Shown here: piece by piece, positions 29,901 to 38,900 of the stretch
How positions within the stretch are numbered: position 1 is the stretch's first letter
Layout: the number at the start of each line of letters is the position of its first letter
Origin: an uncultured Gemmatimonas sp.
GTDB taxonomy: Bacteria; Gemmatimonadota; Gemmatimonadetes; Gemmatimonadales; Gemmatimonadaceae
Reading direction: 5' to 3'
Assembly: GCA_964537945.1 (NCBI GenBank)
Contig: CAZIDS010000001.1
Span: 1-60,531, forward strand
DNA length: 60,531 nt
The notes under the pieces: generated by a model
The model's input: the letters and a program-made list of their open reading frames with translations, nothing else
What the model was told of the DNA's origin: nothing
Databases searched by the model: none
Made by a program: the position numbers and the translations under genes

Positions 29901-32900
29901 CGGCGACGCCCGTGCTCACCGACGCCAACGGCCTTGCCACGGCGACGTCGTGGACGCTCGGCACGACGGCGGGCCTCAACCTCGTCAACGCGACCTCGCC
30001 GGGGCTCGTCGGCAGTCCGGTGCAGTTCACCGCGAACGGCATCGCGGGCGCGGCGGCGCAGCTCGCGATGTTCGGCGGCGACAACCTCACCGGCCCCGTC
30101 GCGACGACGCTCGGCACGCCGCACGAGGTGCGCGTCACCGACGCGAACGGCAATGCCGTCGCCGGCGTGACGGTGAACTGGTCGGCGGCGACGGGCGGCG
30201 GATCGATCAATCCGTCCGTCTCGGTGACGGGCACCGACGGCCGCGCCAGCGCCACGCGCACCCTCGGCGGCGGCGCGGGGCCGCAGACGTCGACCGCGTC
30301 GGTGGTGCTCGCGGGCGGGCCGGCGAGCGTGACGTTCAACGTGACGGCCACGGTCGGCGGCGCGACGCAGCTCACGCTCGTCGGCGGCGACCAGCAGGCG
30401 GACAGCGTCGGCAGCACGCTCGCGACGCCGCTCTCGGTGCTCGTGCGTGACGCGAACAACAATCCCGTCCCGAACGTCCTGATCAGCTGGAGCGTGATCG
30501 ACGGCGGCGGCAGCGTGCAGCCGTCCACGTCCTTCACCAACGCGTCCGGCATCGCGACGACGTCCTGGACCCTCGGAGCGACGACGACGCCGACCGACAG
30601 CACGCAGTTCGTGCGTGCGTCCGGCGTCGGGAGCCCGGTGAACTTCATCGCGACCGCACGGCCTGGCGGCGTGAGCGCCGCGCAGACGAACGTCGCAGTG
30701 GTCCCGTCCAGCGTCCCGGCGTCGCGCACGGCGCCGGCGACGGTGACCGTGACGGCGCGTGACCGCTTCGGCAACGTGATCCCGGGCCGCACGGTGACGA
30801 TCGCCGCCGCCGGCGTCGGCAACACCATCGAGCAGCCGGTCGCGCCGACCAGCGCGGTCGGCGTCGCGACCGGGGCGGTGGGCGCGACGAGCGCCGGCGC
30901 GCGCACCATCGTCGCGACGGTGGACGGCATCGTCGCCGAGCAGCAGCCGACGCTCACGGTGGTCGCGGCGCCCGCGGCCTCGCTGCTCTTCCTCACCACG
31001 CCGCCGACGGCGGTCGCGGGCACGGCCTTCTCGCCGGTGCTCTCGGTCGGCGTCGCCGACTCGCTCGGCAACCGCAACTTCACGTTCGGCGGCAACGTCA
31101 CCATCGGCATCGCGGTGAATCCGTCGACGGGCACGCTCGCCGGCACGGTCACGCGCACCGCCGTCGCGGGCATCGCCAACTTCGCGGGCCTCTCGCTCGA
31201 CCGCGCCGGCGCGGGCTACACGCTCATCGCGACCTCGCCGGGCCTCGGCAGCGCGACGAGCGGCACGATCGACGTCTCGTCCGGCGGGATCTCCGCCGCC
31301 CGCACGCTCGTCGCGGCGGACCTCGCCACGATCGTCGCGGGCCGTGACACGGCGACGGTGACCGTGACCGTGCGTGACGCGAACGACAACCCCGTCGCCG
31401 GCGCGAGCGTGACCCTCGCCGCGACCGGCATCGGCAACGCGATCATCCAGCCGGTCGGCGTCACCGACGCCAACGGCGTGATCACCGGCCGCTTCAGCTC
31501 GACCGTCACTGGCGCCCGCAGCATCTCGGCGAGCGTGAACGGCGGTGGCGCCGGCACGGTGAACGTCACGGCCACGGCGGCAGTGAACGTCGCGCCTGCG
31601 GACGTCTCGCCCACGCTGTCGGCGGTCGAGGCGGTGCCGGCGACGATCGTCGCCGGCGGTGCGTCGACGACCGTCACCGTCACGGTGCGGGACCTGTTCG
31701 GCAACGCGATCCCGGGCGCGACGGTGATCCTCGCGGCGTCGGGCACGGGCAACGCCATCTCGCAACCCGGCTCGCCCACGGCGGCCTCGGGCGTCACGTC
31801 GGGCTCGGTGGCCTCCACCGTGAGCGGCGTGAAGACCGTGACCGCGACCGCGAACGGCGTCGCGATCACCGCGGGCGCCACGCTCACGGTGCAGCCGGGC
31901 GCGGTGAGCGCGTCGTCGTCGACGATCGTGCTCGGCGCCTCGACCATCATCGCCGGCGGCGCCGCGACCGCGATCACCGTCACCGCGCGCGACGCGAACG
32001 GCAACCCGATCCCGGGCCAGGCGGTCGTCCTCGCGGTCACCGGCACGGGGAACACGCTCACGCAGCCGGCGGGCGTCACCGACGCGAACGGCGTCGCGAC
32101 GGGCTCGATCGCGTCGACCGTCACCGGCAGCAAGACCGTGAGTGCGACGATCGGCGGCACGGCGGTGACGCCGAGCCAGGTGCTCACCGTGGCGCCGGGC
32201 GCGATCTCGGAGACGCTCTCGACGGTCGAGCTCGCGACGACCACGACGAGCGCGGGCGCGCCGCCGGTGACGATCACCGTCACGGTGCGCGACGCGAACG
32301 GCAACCCGGTGCCGGGCCAGGCGGTCGTGCTGGCCGCGACGGGCGCCGGCAACACGCTCACGCAGCCGACGGCGTTCACGAACGCGCTCGGCGTCGCGAC
32401 CGGTTCGCTCTCGTCGACGACGGCGGGCGCGAAGGTGGTGAGCGCGACGGCGGGCGGCGTCGGCCTCACGCAGGCGCCGACGCTCACCGTCGGCGCCGGC
32501 ACCGTCTCGCCGGTGACGTCGACGATCGTCGCGGTGCCGGACACGATCAGCGCCGACGGCGGCTCGAGCACCGTGACCGTGACCGCGCGCGACGCGAGCG
32601 GCAACCCGGTCGCGGGCGCGACGGTGACGATCGGCGCGAGCGGGACGGGGAACACGATCACGCAGCCGCCGGCCGTCACCGACGCGAATGGCGTCGCGAG
32701 CGGCGCGCTCAGCTCCACCGCGTCCGGGCTCAAGGTCGTGATCGCGGCGATCAACGGCAGCGGACTCCCGCAGACCGACACCGTCGTCGTGGTGCCGGGC
32801 GCGCTCTCGAACGCCAATTCGTCGCTCGTGGTCGCGACCGACACGATCACGGCCGGCGGCACCGCGACGACGATCACCGTCACGGCGCGCGATGCGCACA

Positions 32901-35900
32901 ACAACGCGCTCGTCGGCGCGGCCGTCGTGCTCGCGGCCACCGGCGCCGGCAACACGCTCACGCAGCCGGCGGCGACCACGAACGCGAGCGGCATCGCGAC
33001 CGGCTCGATCGCGTCCACGGTCACCGGGACGAAGATCCTCACCGCGACCGTCGGCGGCGTGCCGCTCGCGGACGACGACACCGTCGTCGTGCGCGCGGGC
33101 GCGGTCTCGGCCGCGCTGTCGACCGTCGTCACGAGCGCGCCGACGATCTCGGCCGCGGTCGGACAGGCGACGATCACCGTCACCGCGCGCGACGCGAACG
33201 GCAACCTCGCGCCGGGCGTCACCGTGCTGCTCTCGGCGACCGGCAGCGGCAACACGCTCACGCAGCCCGGCGTCGTGACGAACGCGGCCGGCCAGGCCAG
33301 CGGCACCTTCTCGTCGACGGTCAGCGAGGCGAAGACGATCTCGGCGATCGTGGGCGGCACGCCGGTCACGCAGACGGCCGCGATCACGGTCGTGCCGGAC
33401 GCCGTCTCGGCGACCCAGTCGACGGTCGCAGCCCTCCCGACGTCGATCACCGCCGACGGCGGCACGAGCACGATCACCGTGACCGCGCGCGACGCGAACG
33501 GGAACCCGATCGCCGGCGTCTCGGTCGTCCTCTCGGCGACCGGCACCGGCAACACGGTCACGCAGCCGGCGGCGCTCACGAACGCGAGCGGGCAGGCGAC
33601 CGGCACGCTCGCGTCCACGGTCGCCGGCCTCAAGACCGTCAGCGCCGCGATCAACGGCGTGGGCCTCACGCAGACGGTGAACGTGACGGTCACGCCGGGC
33701 GCGGTCTCGGCCGCGACCTCCTCCCTCGCCGCCGCGCCGACGACGCTCAGCGCCGACGGCGGCGCGAGCACCGTCACGGTGACCGCGCGTGACGCGAATG
33801 GCAACGTGATCCCCGGACTCGCGGTCTCGGTCGCATCCACCGGCACCGGCAACTCGATCACCCAGCCGGGCTCGGGGACCGACGCGAACGGCGCGGTGAC
33901 CGCGAGTTTCTCGTCGACCGCCGCGGGCATCAAGACGCTCTCGGCGACGATCGCCGGCGTCACGATCACGCAGACGGCGACCGTCACGGTCAACGCCGGC
34001 GTCGTCTCGGGCGCGATCTCGACCGTCGCCGCGGCGCCGGGCACGATCAGCGCCGACGGCGGCTCGAGCACGATCACCGTCACGGCGCGCGACGCGCATG
34101 GCAACCCGATCGCAGGCCAGGTGGTCACCATCGCGGCGACCGGCACCGGCAACACGCTGGTGCAGCCGGCCGCGGTGACCGACGCGAACGGCGTCGCGAC
34201 CGGCAGCATCAGCTCGACCGGCGCCGGCGCCAAGGCGGTCTCGGCGACGATCGGCGCGACGACCGTCTCGACGCCGGCCATCGTGACCGTGACCGCGGGC
34301 GCGGTGTCGGGCGCGACGAGCTCGCTCATCGCGTCGCCGGCCGTGATCACCGCCGGCGGGACGGGCGCGACCGTCACCGTGATCGCGCGCGACGCCTTCG
34401 GCAACCTCGTGCCGGGGCTCGCGGCGACGATCGCCGCGACCGGCGCCGGCAACACGGTCACGCAGCCCGCGGCCCTCACGAGCGCCGCGGGCACCACGAC
34501 CGGCACCGTCGCCTCGACCGTCGCCGGCCTCAAGGAGATCTCGGCGACCGTCGGCGGCGTGGCCGTGCAGCTGCTCGACACCGTGAACGTCGTCGCTGCC
34601 GTGGCGTCGCTCACCACCTCGACGCTCGTCGCCGACCCGGCGACGATCGGCGCGAGCGGCCCGACGAGCACGATCACCGTCACCGCGCGCGACGCCTTCG
34701 GCAACCTCGTGCAGGGCGTCACGGTCGCGCTCGCCGCGACGGGGTCGGGCAACACGCTCACGCAGCCGGCGCTGCCGACGAACGCGAGCGGCATCGCCGT
34801 CGGCACGCTCGCCTCGACCGTCACCGGCGACAAGATCGTGAGCGCGACGCTCGACGGCGGCGCGCTCGTCATGCGCGACACCGTCACCGTGATCCCGGGC
34901 TCGGTCTCGGCCGCGCTGACGACCGTCGCCGCGGCGCCGGGCACGCTCACCGCCGGCGGCACCGGCAGCACGATCACCGTCACCGCGCGCGACCCGAGCG
35001 GCAACCCGATCCCTGGCGTCGTCGTGACGCTCGCGGCGTCGGGCACGGGCAACACCGTCACGCAGCCGATCGTCGTCACGGACGCTACCGGCGCCGTGAC
35101 CGGCACGATCGCCTCGACGATCGCCGGAACGAAGGTCGTCACCGCGACCGTCGCCGGCACCGTGATCACGCAGACCGCGTCGGTCGTCGTCGGGCCGGCC
35201 GCGCTCTCGACGACGACGACCACCGTCCAGGCCGCGCCGGCGAGCATCGCCGCCGGCAGCGGGACGAGCACGATCACCGTCACCGCGCGTGACGAGTTCG
35301 GCAATGCGATCCCGGGCCTCGCGGTCAGCCTCGCCGCGACCGGCACCGGCAACACCGTCACGCAGCCGGCGGCGGTCACGAGCGCCACCGGCGTCGCGGC
35401 GGGCACGCTCGCCTCGACCGTGACCGGCACGAAGACCGTCACCGCGACGGTCGGTGGCGTCACGATCCCGCAGACCGTGGACGTCACCGTGACGCCGGGC
35501 GCCGTCTCCAACGCGCTCGCGACGCTCGACGCCGCGCCCGACACGATGACCGCCGGGAGCACGAGCACCATCACCGTCACCGCGCGCGATGCGAACGGCA
35601 ACGTCCTCCCCGGCGCGACCGTCGTCCTCGCGGCGAGCGGCGCCGGCAACACCGTCACGCAGCCGTTCGGCGTCACCGACGCGAACGGCGTCGCGACGGG
35701 TTCGCTCCTCAGCACCGCGGTCGGCAACAAGATCATCACCGCGTCGGTGAACACGACGACGCTGCTGCAGAGCGACACGGTGACCGTGACGCCGGCGGCG
35801 GTCTCGGCGGCGACGTCGACCGTCGCCGCGACGCCGGCGCCGATCGTCGCCGGCGTCGGCTCGCGCACGATCACCGTCACGGTGCGCGATGCCTTCAGCA

Positions 35901-38900
35901 ACGTGATCCCGGGCGCGACGGTCACGCTCGCCGCGACCGGCACGGGGAACACCGTCACGCAGCCGGCCGCCGTCACCGACGCGAATGGCGTGGCGACGGG
36001 GTCGCTCAGCTCGACGGTCAGCGGCACGAAGGTCGTCACCGCGACGGCGGACGGCGTGACGATCACGCAGACGGTGAACGTCAGCGTGACCTCGGGCACC
36101 GTCTCCGCGGCGAACTCGACGATCGGCGCCGCCCCGGGCTCGCTCACGGCGGGCGCGGGCTCGAGCACGGTGACGATCACGGCGCGCGACGCGAACAACA
36201 ACCCGATCGCGGGGCTCCTGGTCTCCCTCTCGGCGACGGGAACGGGCAACAGCGTCACGCAGCCCAGCGTCGCGACGGACGCCAACGGCGTCGCGACGGG
36301 CGCGTACGCCGGCACGTCCGCCGGCGACCACGTGCTCTCGGCGTCGATCGACGGCGTCACCATCACGCCGACGGCGACGGTCACCATCGCGCCGGCCGCG
36401 GTGTCGGCGGCGACGTCGACCGTCCTGGCCGCGCCCGGCACCATCACCGCGGGCGGCACGGGCAGCACGATCACCGTCACCGCGCGTGATGCGTTCAACA
36501 ATGCGGTGCCGGGCCTCGTCGTGTCGCTCGCGGCGAGCGGCACCGGCAACACGGTCACGCAGCCGGCCGCGGTCACCGATGCGAACGGCCAGGCGACGGG
36601 CTCGCTGAGCTCGACGGTGAGCGGCACCAAGGTCGTCACCGCGACGGCGGGCGGCACCACGCTCACGCAGACGCCCAGCGTGACGGTCAACGCGGGCGCG
36701 GTCTCGGCGGCGAACTCGACGATCGACGCGGCGCCGGGCACGCTCACCGCGGGCGTGGGCTCGAGCACGGTGACGGTGACCGCGCGCGACGCGAACAACA
36801 ACCCGATCCCCGGCCTCCTCGTCTCGATCTCGGCGACCGGCGCAGGCAACACCGTCACGCAGCCCGGCGCCACGACCGACGCGAACGGCGTCGCGACCGG
36901 CAGCTATGCGAGCACCTCGGCGGGCGCCCATACGCTCTCCGCCTCGATCGACGGCGTGACGATCACGCCGACGGCGACGGTGACGGTCTCGCCGGCCGCC
37001 GTCTCGGCGGCGACGTCGACCGTCCAGTCCGCGCCGGCCAGCATCACCGCGGGCGGCACCGGCAGCACGATCACCGTCACGGCGCGCGACGCGTTCAACA
37101 ACGCCGTGCCCGGCCTCGCGATCACGATCGCGGCGACCGGCACCGGGAACACCGTCACGCAGCCGGCGGCGGTCACCGACGCGAACGGCCAGGCGACGGG
37201 CACCGTCGCGTCGACCGTCACCGGCGTGAAGAGCGTCTCGGCGAGCGCCGGCGCGACCGCGATCACGCAGACCACGAACGTCACCGTCACGCCGGCCGCG
37301 ATCTCGGCTGCCCTCTCGACGCTCACCGCGTCGCCCGACACGATCAGCGCCGACGGTGGGTCGACGACGCTCACCGTCACCGCGCGCGACCTGCACGGGA
37401 ACCTCGTGCCGGGCGCGCTGGTTATCCTCGCCTCGGCCAGCCCCGGCGCGTCGGTGCAGCAGCCGTCCGGCGCGACCGACGCGAACGGCGTCGCGACCGG
37501 CTCGGCCAGCTCGACGGTCAGCGGCGACAAGGTGATCACGGTGACGATCGGCGGCGTGGCGATCACGCAGACGGCGGCGCTCCACGTCACCGCCGGCGCG
37601 CTCTCGGCGGGCGCGTCCGATGTCTCGGCGTCGCTCACCGCGCTCACGGCCGGCGCGGGCACGAGCACGATCACCGTGATCGCGCGCGACGCGCACAACA
37701 ACCCGGTGCCGGGCGCGACGGTCGTCCTCTCGGCGCCGGGCACCGGCAACACGATCGTGCAGCCGGCCGCCGTGACCGACGCGGCCGGCACGACTACAGG
37801 CACCTTCTCGTCGACGTCGCGCGGCGCGAAGGTGATCACCGCGATGATCGATGGGATCGCCGCGAACGAGACGGCGGTCATCACGATCTCGCCGGCCGCG
37901 CCCGACGGCGCGCACACCGGCCTCACGCTCAGCGACGGCGTGATCGCCGCGGCCGTCGGCACGACGACCGTCACCGTCGTCGCACGCGATGAGTTCGACA
38001 ACCCGGTGCCGGGCGCGACGGTCGTCATCGCCGCGAGCGGCACCGGGAACACCGTCACGCAGCCGGCCGCCGTCACCGACGCCAACGGCGCGACGACGGG
38101 CACGGTCAGCTCCACGGTCACCGGGTCCAAGACGATCTCGGGCACGGTGAACGGCACCGCGATCACGCAGACGCGCACGCTCACCGTGATCCCCGACGCG
38201 ATCTCGAGCGCGCAGTCGTCGCTCACACTCTCGACCGGTTCGATCGTCGCCGGGGGCGCGGGGACCACGGTCACCGTCACGGCGCGTGACGCGAACGGCA
38301 ACGCGGTCAGTGGCGCGGCCGTCGTGATCTCGGCGACGGCGAGCGGCAACACCATCACGCAGCCCGCGGCGACGACGGATGCGAACGGCGTCGCGACCGG
38401 CACCGTCGCGGCGACGCTCACCGGTGCCCGCACCGTCTCCGCCACCATCAACGGCATCGCCGTCACGCAGACGCAGGCGCTCACCGTCACGCCAGGCGCG
38501 GTCTCGGCCGCGACGTCCACCGTCGATGCCGCACCGGCGAGCATCAGCGCTGACGGCGGCAGCAGCACGATCACCGTCACCGCGCGCGACGCGAACGGGA
38601 ACGTGATCCCGGGTGCGACGGTCGTGCTCGCCGCGACCGGCAGCGGGAACAGCCTGGTGCAGCCGGCGGCCGTGACCGACGCCAACGGCGTCGCGACCGG
38701 CTCGCTCAGCTCGACCGGCGCCGCTGCGAAGACGGTGACGGCGACGATCGACGCCGTGGCGATCACCGACGACGCGACCGTCACGGTCACTCCGGGCGCG
38801 ATCTCCGCTGCCACGACGAGCGTCGCCGCGGTGCCGGCGTCGATCGCAGCGGGCGGCGGCGGCAGCACCATCACGATCACCGTGCGCGACCAGCACGCGA

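Noticed and set aside
26798..38896. 4,032-aa antisense ORF, plus the 861-, 1,885-, 1,515- and 869-aa minus-strand ORFs over the giant gene
   Set aside because: These are shadows of a GC3-biased, Ala/Thr/Val/Gly-rich sense gene. Their translations are either Arg/Gly/Asp-rich junk or mirror the sense repeat, and they have no independent motifs.
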